Positions 19,775 to 34,405 of a stretch of DNA of 64,000 nucleotides are shown one piece after another. Origin of the DNA: an uncultured Actinomycetota bacterium (GTDB lineage Bacteria > Actinomycetota > Actinomycetes > JACCUZ01); the NCBI GenBank assembly GCA_963794995.1, contig CAWCFV010000002.1, forward strand, positions 2,954,722 through 3,018,721. Reading direction: 5' to 3'. The notes beneath the pieces were generated by a model. It was not told the origin of the DNA. It ran no database searches and saw only the letters and a list, made by a program, of their open reading frames with translations. Position numbers and translations under genes: made by a program. Numbering within the stretch: position 1 is the first letter of the stretch; the number at the start of each line of letters is the position of its first letter.

Positions 19775-21058
19775 GCGGTGGGCCGACCTTCTGGGGACCG
19801 GACTTCGCCGCGCTCCAGGAGCAGGACCCCGAGATCGCCTCGGTGGTGACCGGCGAGCTGGACCGGCTGCGCGGGGGTCTCCAGCTGATCGCGAGCGAGA
19901 ACTTCACCTCGCCCGCCGTGCTGGCCGCGCTCGGCTCGACCCTGTCCAACAAGTACGCCGAGGGCTACCCGGGCCGGCGTTACTACGGCGGCTGCGAGCA
20001 GGTCGACCGGGCCGAGGAGATCGGGATCGAGCGGGCCAGGCGGCTCTTCGCGCCGGACGGTGGCCAGGTGCACGTCAACCTCCAGCCGCACTCGGGCGCG
20101 AGTGCCAACCTCGCGGCCTACGCGGCTCTGCTGCAGCCGGGCGACACCGTGCTCGCGATGTCGCTGCCGCACGGCGGTCACCTCACCCACGGCGCGAAGG
20201 TCAGCTTCTCGGGCACGTGGTTCACGCCGGTGCCCTACACGGTGCGGCGCGACACCGAGCTGATCGACTACGACGAGGTGCGCGACCTGGCGCTCCGGCA
20301 CCGGCCGCAGATGATCATCGCCGGTGCGACGGCCTATCCCCGGCTGATCGACTTCGCCCGCTTCCGCGACATCGCGGACGAGGTGGGCGCCTGGCTGATG
20401 GTCGACGCCGCCCACTTCGTCGGCCTGGTCGCCGGGGGAGCGGTCCCCTCGCCCGTCCCGTACGCCGACGTCGTCACCTTCACGACCCACAAGGTCCTGC
20501 GGGGCCCGCGCGGCGGCATGATCGTGTGCCGGCCCGCCCTGGCGGCCAGGATCGACAAGGCGGTCTTCCCGTTCCTGCAGGGTGGCCCGCTGATGCACGC
20601 GGTGGCGGCCAAGGCGGTGGCACTGGGGGAGTGCCTCCAGCCGGCCTACCGCGACTACGCCCGGCAGGTCGTCGCGAACGCGCAGGCGTTGAGCCGAGGG
20701 CCTGGCGGGTGAGGGCATGCGTCCGGTCTCCGGCGGCACCGACACCCACCTCGCGCTGCTCGACCTCCAGTCCCTCGGCGTCACGGGCGCCGAGGCCGAG
20801 CGACGCTGCGACGCCGCGCGGATCACCCTGAACAAGAACGCGATCCCCTACGACCCGCAGAAGCCGATGGTGGCCTCCGGGATCCGCGTCGGGACTCCCG
20901 CGGTGACGACCCAGGGGATGACCGAGACCGCCATGAAGGACGTCGCGTCCCTGATCGGCCGCGCGGTACGCGACGACGACGGGTCGGCGGCGGCCGAGCT
21001 GGCCGAGTCGGTGGGCGCCCTCGTGGCCGCCCACCCGGCCTACCCCGAGCCGGCCTGA
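19771..21058 (+). CDS. glyA: serine hydroxymethyltransferase; indel near 20700
   Basis: [42 protein letters not shown]; C-terminal half SGGTDTHL...[12 protein letters not shown] in ORF 20717. Confidence 0.94.
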
Positions 21059-21077
21059 GGGCGGCTGACGACCTCAC

Positions 21078-22235
21078 GTGCGCGAGTACATGCTCACCCT
21101 CGTGGTGGCGGCGGCCGTCACCTACCTGCTCACCCCGGTGGCCCGGCGGATCGCACTGCGCTGGGGCGCCCTGACCCCGGTCCGCGACCGCGACGTGCAC
21201 GCGATCCCGACCCCGCGGCTGGGCGGTCTGGCGATGCTCGGCGGCTTCGGAGCGGGCATGCTCGTCGCCACCCAGATGCCGTTCCTCGGTCCTCGGCTGC
21301 ACGACTCCCAGCAGACCTTCGCCCTCCTCGCGGGCGCGGGCCTGATCTGCCTGCTCGGCATCGCGGACGACCGGTGGGAGCTCGACGCGCTCACGAAGCT
21401 GGCCGGTCAGGTGCTCGCGGCCGGTGTCATGGTCATCGGCGGCGTGCAGATGCTCTACCTCCCGATCGGCTTCTTCGGGGGCGGCACCGTCGACGGCATC
21501 CCCAACTCGTTCGTGCTCGGTCCGGTCGAGGGCACCGTCCTCACCATCGCCCTGGTGGTCCTGACCGTGAACGCGGTCAACTTCGTCGACGGGCTGGACG
21601 GTCTCGCCGCCGGCATCGTCGCGATCGCCGCCGCGTCGTTCTTCGTCTTCTCCTACAAGCTCACGGTCGACGAGAGCCTGACCCGGGCCACGACCTCGGG
21701 GGTGGTCGCGGCCGCCCTCGTCGGCGTGTGCATCGGCTTCCTCCCGCACAACTTCAGCCCGGCCCGGGTCTTCATGGGCGACTCCGGCTCGATGCTGCTG
21801 GGGCTGCTCCTGGCGTCGACCACCGTGACGCTGACCGGCACCGTCGGCCCCAACGCGGTGACGACCTCCCTCGCCCCGTCGCTGCTTCCGCTGGTGCTGC
21901 CGATCGCGGTGATGGCGGTCCCCTTCCTCGACGTCGTGCTCGCGATCGTCAGACGCACCCTCGCCGGCCGCTCGCCCTTCGCCCCGGACAAGCAGCACCT
22001 GCACCACCGGCTGCTCGAGCGGGGGCACAGCCATGCGCGCGCCGTCCTCGTGATGTACCTCTGGTCCGCGGTGATCGCCTTCGGGGCCACGGCGTCGGTC
22101 TTCCTCGACACCCCGGCCCTGCTCGTCAGCCTCGCCGCGGTCTGCGTGGTCGCCGTGCTCGTCACGATGAACATCCCGCGCCTGCGGCGGGCCGAGGGGA
22201 CGTTCACCGGCCTGCGCCGCGGGAGGTCCCGGTGA
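21078..22235 (+). CDS. wecA: undecaprenyl/decaprenyl-phosphate GlcNAc-1-phosphate transferase (MraY/WecA family)
   Basis: PRLGGLAM, NAVNFVDGLDGL, HNFSPARVFMGDSGS, DKQHLHHRL; conserved position upstream of atp operon. Confidence 0.9.
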   Translation: MREYMLTLVVAAAVTYLLTPVARRIALRWGALTPVRDRDVHAIPTPRLGGLAMLGGFGAGMLVATQMPFLGPRLHDSQQTFALLAGAGLICLLGIADDRWELDALTKLAGQVLAAGVMVIGGVQMLYLPIGFFGGGTVDGIPNSFVLGPVEGTVLTIALVVLTVNAVNFVDGLDGLAAGIVAIAAASFFVFSYKLTVDESLTRATTSGVVAAALVGVCIGFLPHNFSPARVFMGDSGSMLLGLLLASTTVTLTGTVGPNAVTTSLAPSLLPLVLPIAVMAVPFLDVVLAIVRRTLAGRSPFAPDKQHLHHRLLERGHSHARAVLVMYLWSAVIAFGATASVFLDTPALLVSLAAVCVVAVLVTMNIPRLRRAEGTFTGLRRGRSR

Positions 22236-22681
22236 GGTCGGGACACCGGGGGACCGGTCCTCGCGCCCTCCTCGCGCCGTCGGTGCTCGGCGCAGCCGGC
22301 GGGTGGGCGCTGTGCCTGCTCGGGGGTCTGGCCGTCGACGGCCTCCACGGCCTGGCCGCCGCCGGGCTGGCCGGCGTTCTGGTCCTCGGGTTCCTGCTGC
22401 TGGGCCAGGTGCCCGTCGCCCAGGCGGCGCGTGGCCGTGGCGGTCTGGGTGCAGCGCTGCTGCTGATCGGTTACCTGGCGCGGGTCGTCGCGCTGCTCGT
22501 CGCGTTCGTGCTCGTGGTGGTCGACGGCAGCCTGGACCGTCGTGTCCTCGGTCTCTCGGTCATGGGTGTCGCCCTCGGCTGGACGGCCGGCACCGTGTGG
22601 TCGTGGTGGCGCTGGCAGCCTCCGGTGGTGGACGTCGAGCTGCCTCCGGTCCCGGCCGACGGAGGCCCCGCACCCCGCTGA
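22232..22681 (+). CDS. 4-TM membrane protein, ATP synthase protein I-like
   Basis: GTGA overlap, four hydrophobic helices, typical position before atpB. Confidence 0.65.
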   Translation: MRSGHRGTGPRALLAPSVLGAAGGWALCLLGGLAVDGLHGLAAAGLAGVLVLGFLLLGQVPVAQAARGRGGLGAALLLIGYLARVVALLVAFVLVVVDGSLDRRVLGLSVMGVALGWTAGTVWSWWRWQPPVVDVELPPVPADGGPAPR

Positions 22682-22697
22682 TAGGGTCGCCGACGCG

Positions 22698-22952
22698 ATG
22701 GTCGACGACCGGACTGACGGCGACGACGACGGGTCTGCGGCGGTGTCCGGAGGAGCGTCGGAGACACCGCCGGTGCGGGATGTCGATCCCTACGCCGTCC
22801 TCAGCTACCTGCTCTCCGGCGTGATCCTCTACGGCGGGATCGGGTGGCTGCTCGACTGGTGGCTGGGCACCCGCGGGCTGGTCGGAGTGGGCATCGTGCT
22901 GGGTGCGGCCGGCGGAATCTGGCTCGTCTGGCTCCGGTACAGTAAGCCGTGA
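22698..22952 (+). CDS. AtpZ/AtpI-family small membrane protein
   Basis: YLLSGVILYGGIGWLLDWWLGT...GIVLGAAGG pattern; directly upstream of atpB. Confidence 0.8.
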   Translation: MVDDRTDGDDDGSAAVSGGASETPPVRDVDPYAVLSYLLSGVILYGGIGWLLDWWLGTRGLVGVGIVLGAAGGIWLVWLRYSKP

Positions 22953-22988
22953 TCCCCCAGTAGTCCTCGCAGTGTTCTTGCGCACCCG

Positions 22989-23808
22989 ATGCACCGCGCC
23001 GAAGGAGACGCCTTGCACCTGGTCAATGTGGCCCAGGCAGCCGAGGGGGAAGAGTTCCACCCCCCCGGTCCGGCGGACTTCGAGTTCCCGCCGCTCTTCG
23101 GCGAGGGAACCTTCTTCACCAAGCCGATGCTCATCATCGTGCTCGGCACCCTGCTCATCGCCGGTCTCTTCTGGCTCGCCGCGCGTCGTGCGTCCCTGGT
23201 CCCCGCAAAGGCCCAGTTCCTGGGCGAGGGCGTCTACGGCTTCGTGCGCAACAGCATCGTCGGTGACAGCATCGGCCGCGAGGGCCGCCCGTTCGTCGCG
23301 TACCTCACCACCTTGTTCTGCTTCATCGCGGTGCTCAACGTCGCGGGCATCATCCCCGTGCTCCAGCTGCCCGCGACCTCCAAGATCGCGATCCCGCTGT
23401 TCCTGGCGTTGATCTCGTGGGCGATCTTCAACTACGTCGGCATCAAGCGCCATGGGTTCCTCGGCTACTTCAAGGCCATGATGTTCCCGCCGGGCCTGCC
23501 CAAGCCGATCTACGTGCTGCTGGCCCCGCTGGAGTTCTTCTCCACGGTGATCATCCGGCCCGTCACGCTCACACTCCGACTCACGCTCAACATGTTCGCA
23601 GGGCACCTCGTGCTGCTGCTGACCGTGCTCGGGCGGGGAGTACCTCCTGGTCGAGAAGGGCGGCGGGCTCGCGGTGCTCAGCGTCGTACCCTTCGCCTTC
23701 TCGATCATCCTGACCTTCTTCGAGGCGTTCGTGCAGGTGCTCCAGGCCTACGTGTTCGTCCTGCTCTCCGCGCTCTACATCGCCGGTGCGCTCGCCGACG
23801 AGCACTGA
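22989..23808 (+). CDS. atpB: ATP synthase F0 subunit a; indel near 23635
   Basis: PLEFFS, RPVTLTLRLTLNMFAGH; tail FEAFVQVLQAYVFVLLSALYI...EH in shifted frame. Confidence 0.93.
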
Positions 23809-23822
23809 TCACGACCAGCTGA

Positions 23823-25520
<1,698 letters not shown>

Positions 25521-25574
25521 CCCGCACCACACGTGACCACCACGCATGACCGAGAAGAGAGCAGGGAACGCGAC

Positions 25575-27231
25575 ATGACCGAGCTGACCATCCGGCCGGA
25601 GGAGATCCGGGACGCACTCGAGCGCTTCGTCTCGTCGTACGAGCCGGAGAGCCGCCGGGCGCGAGGAGGTCGGGCACGTCACCGAGACCGGTGACGGCAT
25701 CGCGCGGATCGAGGGCCTGCCCTCGACCATGACCAACGAGCTGCTCGAGTTCGAGGACGGCACGCTCGGCCTGGCGCTGAACCTCGACGTCCGCGAGATC
25801 GGTGCCGTCGTGCTCGGCGAGTTCCGCGGCATCGAGGAGGGCCAGCCCGTCAAGCGGACCGGCGAGATCCTCTCGGTGCCCGTCGGCGACGGGTTCCTCG
25901 GCCGCGTCGTCGACCCGCTCGGCAACCCGATCGACGGCAAGGGCGCGATCGAGTCGACCGAGCGTCGCGCCCTCGAGGTGCAGGCCGCCTCGGTCGTCCA
26001 GCGCCAGCGCGTCAAGGAGCCGATGCAGACCGGCATCAAGGCGATCGACGCCATGACCGCCATCGGCCGCGGCCAGCGCCAGCTGATCATCGGTGACCGC
26101 CAGACCGGCAAGACCGCGGTGGCGCTCGACACGATCATCAACCAGAAGGCGAACTGGGAGTCCGGCGACCCGGCGAAGCAGGTCAAGTGCATCTACGTCG
26201 CCATCGGCCAGAAGGGCTCGACGATCGCGTCGGTCCGTCAGCGCGCTCGAGGAGAACGGCGCGCTGGAGTACACGACGATCGTCGCGTCCCCCGCGTCCG
26301 ACCCGGCCGGCTTCAAGTACCTCGCGCCCTACACCGGCTCGGCCATCGGCCAGCACTGGATGTACCAGGGCCAGCACGTCCTCATCGTGTTCGACGACCT
26401 GTCCAAGCAGGCCGAGGCCTACCGCGCCGTCTCGCTGCTGCTGCGTCGCCCGCCGGGCCGTGAGGCCTACCCCGGCGACGTCTTCTACCTGCACTCGCGG
26501 CTGCTCGAGCGCTGCGCGAAGCTGTCCGACGAGCTCGGCGGCGGCTCGATGACCGGCCTGCCGATCATCGAGACCAAGGGCAACGACGTCTCGGCGTACA
26601 TCCCGACCAACGTGCATCTCGATCACCGACGGCCAGTGCTTCCTCGAGACCGACCTGTTCAACTCGGGCGTCCGTCCGGCGATCAACGTCGGCATCTCGG
26701 TGTCCCGCGTCGGTGGCTCGGCGCAGGTCAAGGCGATGCGCAAGGTCGCCGGCCGGCTGCGCCTGGACCTGGCCCAGTACCGCGAGCTCGAGGCGTTCGC
26801 CGCGTTCGGCTCCGACCTCGACGCCGCGTCGAAGGCGCAGCTCGCACGCGGGGCCCGCCTGGTCGAGCTGCTCAAGCAGCCCCAGTACTCGCCGTTCCCG
26901 GTCGAGCACCAGGTCGTCTCGATCTGGGCCGGCACCACCGGCCAGCTCGACGACGTCCCGGTCGAGGACATCCGCCGGTTCGAGTCCGAGCTGCTCGACT
27001 ACCTGCACCGCGAGCACAAGGGCCTGGTCGACGGCCTGCGGGAGACCAAGGAGCTCGGTGACGACACCGTCTCCTCGCTCGAGGAGGCCGTCGAGGACTT
27101 CAAGAAGCAGTTCGAGACGTCGTCGGGCGAGCTGCTCGTCAAGGACGAGCCGGTCGGCTCGATGGACGAGGACGAGGTCGAGCACGAGACCATCAAGAAG
27201 CACGTGCGCAAGCCGGCGAAGAAGAGCGTAG
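25575..27231 (+). CDS. atpA: ATP synthase F1 subunit alpha; several indels
   Basis: [57 protein letters not shown]. Confidence 0.96.
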
Positions 27232-27234
27232 CGC

Positions 27235-28169
27235 ATGGGCGCCCAGCTCCGGGTCTACCGCCGACGCATCAGGTCGGTGAACGCGACCAAGAAGATCACC
27301 AAGGCGATGGAGCTCATCGCCGCGTCGCGCATCGTCAAGGCGCAGCAGCGGGTCGCCGCGTCGACGCCCGTACGCCGAGGCGATCACCCGCGCGGTGTCG
27401 GCGGTGGCCAGCTTCGGCGACGTCGACCACCCGCTGACCGGCACCGTCCCCGCCTCGGAGCAGGAGGGCCACGAGGGTCCCGCCCGCGCCGCCGTGCTGC
27501 TGGTGACCAGCGACCGCGGGCTCGCCGGTGCCTACTCCTCCAACGCGATCAAGGAGGGCGAGCGGCTCTCGAACCTGCTGCGCGACCAGGGCAAGGAGGT
27601 CGTGCCCTTCCTCGTGGGGCGCAAGGGCGTCGGGTTCTACCGCTTCCGCAACCGTGAGATCGCGGGGGAGTGGACCGGCTTCTCCGAGAGCCCGACCTAC
27701 GCCGACGCCAAGGAGGTCGCCGACGCCGTCATCGAGGCGTTCCTGACGCCCAACGACGAGGGCGGCGTCGACGAGATCCACATCGTCTACACGCAGTTCC
27801 TCAGCATGGTCACCCAGAAGACCGTGACCCGGCGGCTGCTGCCGCTGGAGGTCGAGGAGACCGAGGAGGAGCCCGAGGGCGGCTCGTTCCCGCTCTACGA
27901 GTTCGAGCCGTCGGCCGAGGCGGTGCTCGACGCGCTGCTGCCGCGCTACGTCGAGAGCCGGGTCTACAACGCGCTGCTCCAGTCGGCCGCGTCCGAGCAC
28001 GCCGCCCGTCGGCGGGCGATGAAGTCGGCGACCGACAACGCCGACCGAGCTCATCAAGACCTACACACGCAAGGCCAACGCGGCCCGCCAGGCCGAGATC
28101 ACCCAAGAGATCAGCGAGATCGTCGGTGGCGCGGACGCGCTCGCCAGCGCCAACGCCGGGAGTGAGTGA
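27235..28169 (+). CDS. atpG: ATP synthase F1 subunit gamma; two indels
   Basis: [58 protein letters not shown]. Confidence 0.95.
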
Positions 28170-30575
<2,406 letters not shown>

Positions 30576-30650
30576 CACCATCCTGCGTGCGCCGGCCCAA
30601 CGGGCGCACGGCTGTCCGGTGTGGCAGCGCACGGCTCGCGGGTCGGGTCG

Positions 30651-31229
30651 TCAGCGGTTGGCGCCGGGCACCCAGAGCGACGTCGCCGGCCTCCCGGTTC
30701 GCGTAGCGGGCCAGCACGAACAGCAGGTCCGAGAGCCGGTTGAGGTACGTCGCGGTCAGCGGGTTCACGCGTGTCCGGGTGGGCCTCGACGGCGCGCCAG
30801 GTCGCGCGCTCCGCCCGCCGGACGACGGTGCGGGCGACGTGCAGGTGGGCCGCGGCCGGGGTGCCGCCCGCGAGCACGAACGACCGCAGCGGGTCGAGGT
30901 GCGTCGTTGAATCGGTCGATCTCGCGTCTCGAGGGTGTCGACCTGGGACTGCATCACGCGCAGCGGCGGGTACTCGGGCTCGCCCTCGATCGGGGTGCAC
31001 AGGTCGGCGCCCACGTCGAAGAGGTCGTTCTGGACGCGGGTGAGCACGTCGGCGACGTCGTCGGGCAGGCCAGCGGCCGCCAGCGCGACACCGAGGAACG
31101 CAGCCCGCCTCGTCGCAGTCGGCGTACGCCTCCAGCCGGGGGTCGTTCTTGCGAGATGCGGCCCCGGCCGCCGTAGCCGGTGGAGCCGTCGTCGCCGGTG
31201 CGGGTGTAGATGCGGGTGAGGTTGACCAT
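30651..31229 (-). CDS. pduO: cob(I)alamin adenosyltransferase (PduO type); several indels
   Basis: [59 protein letters not shown]. Confidence 0.9.
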
Positions 31230-31286
31230 GGGCGCCACTCTAGGAGCGGCGCCGGGACCCGCCTCAGGTGCACCTAGGTGCCGCCC

Positions 31287-32579
31287 ATGGAGAGGTTCCG
31301 TGTCGTCGGTGGCGCCCGGCTCGCCGGCGAGGTGCGGGTCACCGGCGCCAAGAACAGCGTGCTCAAGCTGATGGCGGCGGCGCTGCTCGCCGAGGGCCGG
31401 ACGACGCTCACCGAGGTGCCGCACATCCTCGACGTCGAGATCATGGGCGAGCTGCTGCGGCGGCTCGGCTGCACCGTCGACTACGACCCCGAGGCCGGCC
31501 ACGGTCGTGATCGACGTGCCGGCCGACCTCGGGCACCAGGCCGACTACGACCTGGTCCGCCGGATCCGCGCCTCGATCTGCGTCCTCGGCCCGCTGATCG
31601 CCCGCTGCGGCCGGGCCGAGGTCGCGCATCCCGGGCGGCGACGCGATCGGCTCGCCGGCCCCTCGACTTCCACATCGCCGGGCTGACCAAGCTCGGGCGC
31701 CGAGCTCGACCACGAGCACGGCTACATCGTGGCGCCGGGCGCCGAAGCGGGCTGTCCGGAGCGAGCGTCTGGCTCGACTTCCCGAGCGTCGGCGCCACCG
31801 AGAACGTGCTCATGGCGGCCGTGCTCGCGGAGGGCACCACGGTCGATCGACAACGCCGCCCGCGAGCCCGAGATCGTCGACCTCTGCCAGATGCTGGAGC
31901 AGATGGGCGCGCGGCTCGACGGCGTCGGGACCTCGACCCTGTCGCGTCGAGGGCGTCGACCGGCTGCGGCCGACGACCCACGAGATCGTGCCCGACCGCA
32001 TCGTCGCCGGGCACGTGGGCGTTCGCCGCGGCCATGACCCAGGGCGACATCACGGTGCACAACGCGCGCACCGCGCACCTGGAGATCGCGCTCGACAAGC
32101 TCGGCACGAGCGGCGCCCGCGTCGAGCCGGCCGACGACGGCTTCCGCGTGGTCATGGACGGCCGCCCGCAGGCGGTCGACGCCGTGACGCTGCCCTACCC
32201 GGGCTCGCGACCGACCTGCAGCCCCTGGTCATGGCGCTGAACTCGGTCGCCGACGGGGCCGCGATGATCACCGAGAACATCTTCGAGGGCCGGTTCGTGT
32301 TCGCCAGCGAGCTGGCCCGGCTCGGCGCGCACGTGCGCACCGACGGTCACCACGCGGTCGTCCGCGGCGTCGAGCGCCTCTCCGGCGCCCCGGTGCGCGG
32401 CCAGCGACATCCGGGCCGGCGCCGCCCTGACGCTGGCCGGGCTCGTGGGGGAGGGCGTCACCCACGTCCGCGACATCTTCCACGTCGACCGCGGCTACCC
32501 GGGCTTCGACACCGCGCTGCGCGCCCTCGGCGCCGACGTCACGCGGGAGCGCGACCCCGACGCCGACTTCGGCCCGTAG
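31287..32579 (+). CDS. murA: UDP-N-acetylglucosamine 1-carboxyvinyltransferase; many indels
   Basis: [73 protein letters not shown]. Confidence 0.92.
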
Positions 32580-32586
32580 CCGGCTC

Positions 32587-32896
32587 TCAGGGTGCGGCGA
32601 GCAGGGTGCGGGCCGCGGCCTGGTCCTCCTCGAGCACCATGAGCCGCGGCCCGTCGGTCGTGGTCACCAGCCGGGCCCGGATCCCGCGCCGCCTGCAGCC
32701 GCTGCCGGTCCAGCTCGCCCTGGATGAACGTGCCCGGCGACGAGACCGCGACCATCAGGCCGTAGTCGTCGGCCCCGCCGGCCGAGGGGCGGCGCTCGAC
32801 GAGCGACCGGCCGCGGCCGCCGTACGCCCAGCGCAGCAGCAGGGCGAGCAGCCCGACGACGAGCACCGAGGTGATCAGCGCGCTCCAGTCAGGCAC
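32587..32896 (-). CDS. small membrane-anchored hypothetical protein (DUF2007-like C-terminal domain); one indel
   Basis: [19 protein letters not shown]; [11 protein letters not shown]; [18 protein letters not shown]...PRLMV. Confidence 0.6.
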
Positions 32897-32939
32897 CGCA
32901 CCAGTGTCACCCATGAGCGGCTGGCTAGGCTCCCGGCCC

Positions 32940-33799
32940 ATGACCGGAACGTCTCTCGCCGTCGTCGGAGCTGGCCTGATGGGCTCCGGCATCGCCCAGG
33001 TGTCCGCCGTCGCGGGCCACGACGTCGTGCTGCGCGACGTCACCGACCAGGCGCTGGCGCGCGGGCGGGGCGGCGATCGAGAAGTCGCTGGCGCGGTTCG
33101 TCGCCAAGGGGACCCTCGAGCAGCCGACGGCCGAGGCCGCCCTGGCACGGATCACCACGACCACGGACCTGGAGGCGGCCGCCGAGGCCGACGTCGTGGT
33201 CGAGGCGGCCTTCGAGAGCCTCGAGGTCAAGCAGGAGATCTTCCGCGAGCTGGACCGGGTCTGCCGCGCGGGCGCCGTGCTCGCGACGAACACCAGTGCG
33301 ATCCCGATCACGACGATCGCGGCGGTGACCGAGCGCCCGGAGTCGGTCGTCGGCACCCACTTCTTCTCGCCGGTGCCGATGATGGCGCTGTGCGAGCTCG
33401 TGCGCGGGCTACCGGACCAGCGACGAGACCCTGGCGACCGCCCGGGCGTTCGCCGAGGCTGTCGGCAAGACCTGCGTCGTCGTCAACCGTGACGTCGCCG
33501 GCTTCGTGACCACCCGCCTGATCTGCGCGCTGGCGATGGAGGCGGTGCGGCTGGTCGAGAACGGGGTGGCCAGCGCCGAGGACGTCGACATCGCCTGCCG
33601 GCTGGGCTTCGGCCACGCGATGGGCCCGCTGGCCACGACCGACCTCACCGGGGTCGACATCCTGCGCAACGCCAGCATGAACATCTACGCCGACACCGGC
33701 GACGCGAAGTTCTTCCCGCCCGAGTCGCTGTCGCGGATGGTCGCCGCGGGCGACCTCGGCCGCAAGTCCGGGCGCGGCTTCTACGACTACGACGCCTGA
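32940..33799 (+). CDS. 3-hydroxybutyryl-CoA dehydrogenase; two indels
   Basis: [55 protein letters not shown]. Confidence 0.88.
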
Positions 33800-33851
33800 C
33801 CGACGACGTCTGACCGGCCGCAGACCGGCGGGGGCCGCTGCCCGGACGCGA

Positions 33852-33887
33852 GTCACAGAAGTCACAGAAGTCACAACCGTCACAGCG
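33852..33887 (+). promoter_or_regulatory. four tandem 9-bp GTCACAnnn direct repeats (candidate response-regulator box array)
   Basis: gtcacagaa gtcacagaa gtcacaacc gtcacagcg in the AT-richer intergenic region before the STAS gene. Confidence 0.6.
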
Positions 33888-34015
33888 TGGCGTCAAGAAA
33901 TCCTCAAGTCCGCGCCGTACGGTCCTTCGACAGGCGACCCGTGGCAACCGATCCCGCCCCCCGGGCGTCTACCTACGCAGGACACATCGGGCGGATCGAG
34001 TGGGGGGTGACCGGG

Positions 34016-34333
34016 ATGGCCGTCGTCGGCGCCACCGAGCGCGAGGTCGTGCTGTCCGGGCGGCTGGACGTGAGCAGTGCCGCGGAGGTCCGCGCCGCCC
34101 TGCACGAGGCGATCGACCTCGGCAGCGGTGACCTGCACGTCGACCTGGCCGCCGTCGAGGTCATCGACGCCACCGGGCTGGGCGTCCTGCTCGGCGCCGA
34201 CCGCCGGGCCAAGCAGGCCGGGCGCCGCATCGTCCTGCGCGACGCCGCGCCCCGCGTCCGCGCGATCCTGCGCGTGACCCGCCTGCACCGCGTGCTCACC
34301 CTCGACCAGGCCGGCTCGCCGGTCGCCGTCTGA
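34016..34333 (+). CDS. STAS-domain anti-sigma factor antagonist
   Basis: LSGRLDV, VDLAAVEVIDATGLGVL, ILRVTRLHRVL. Confidence 0.88.
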   Translation: MAVVGATEREVVLSGRLDVSSAAEVRAALHEAIDLGSGDLHVDLAAVEVIDATGLGVLLGADRRAKQAGRRIVLRDAAPRVRAILRVTRLHRVLTLDQAGSPVAV

Positions 34334-34379
34334 CCCGCCGCCCGCCCCTCGGCCGGTCCCCGGCCGCCCGCCGGCGTGA

Positions 34380-34398
34380 GGTTACCCACCGGTAGGCT
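34380..34398 (+). promoter_or_regulatory. GGTTACC-n5-GTAG motif overlapping a TAGGCT -10 element upstream of meaA
   Basis: ggttacccaccggtaggct, 7 nt before GTG 34406; closely matches the motif upstream of ccr. Confidence 0.55.
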
Positions 34399-34405
34399 CC
34401 GGCTC

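Noticed and set aside
33852-33887. CRISPR array or iterons
   Set aside because: Units are 9 bp with no spacers, and no cas or rep genes are present.
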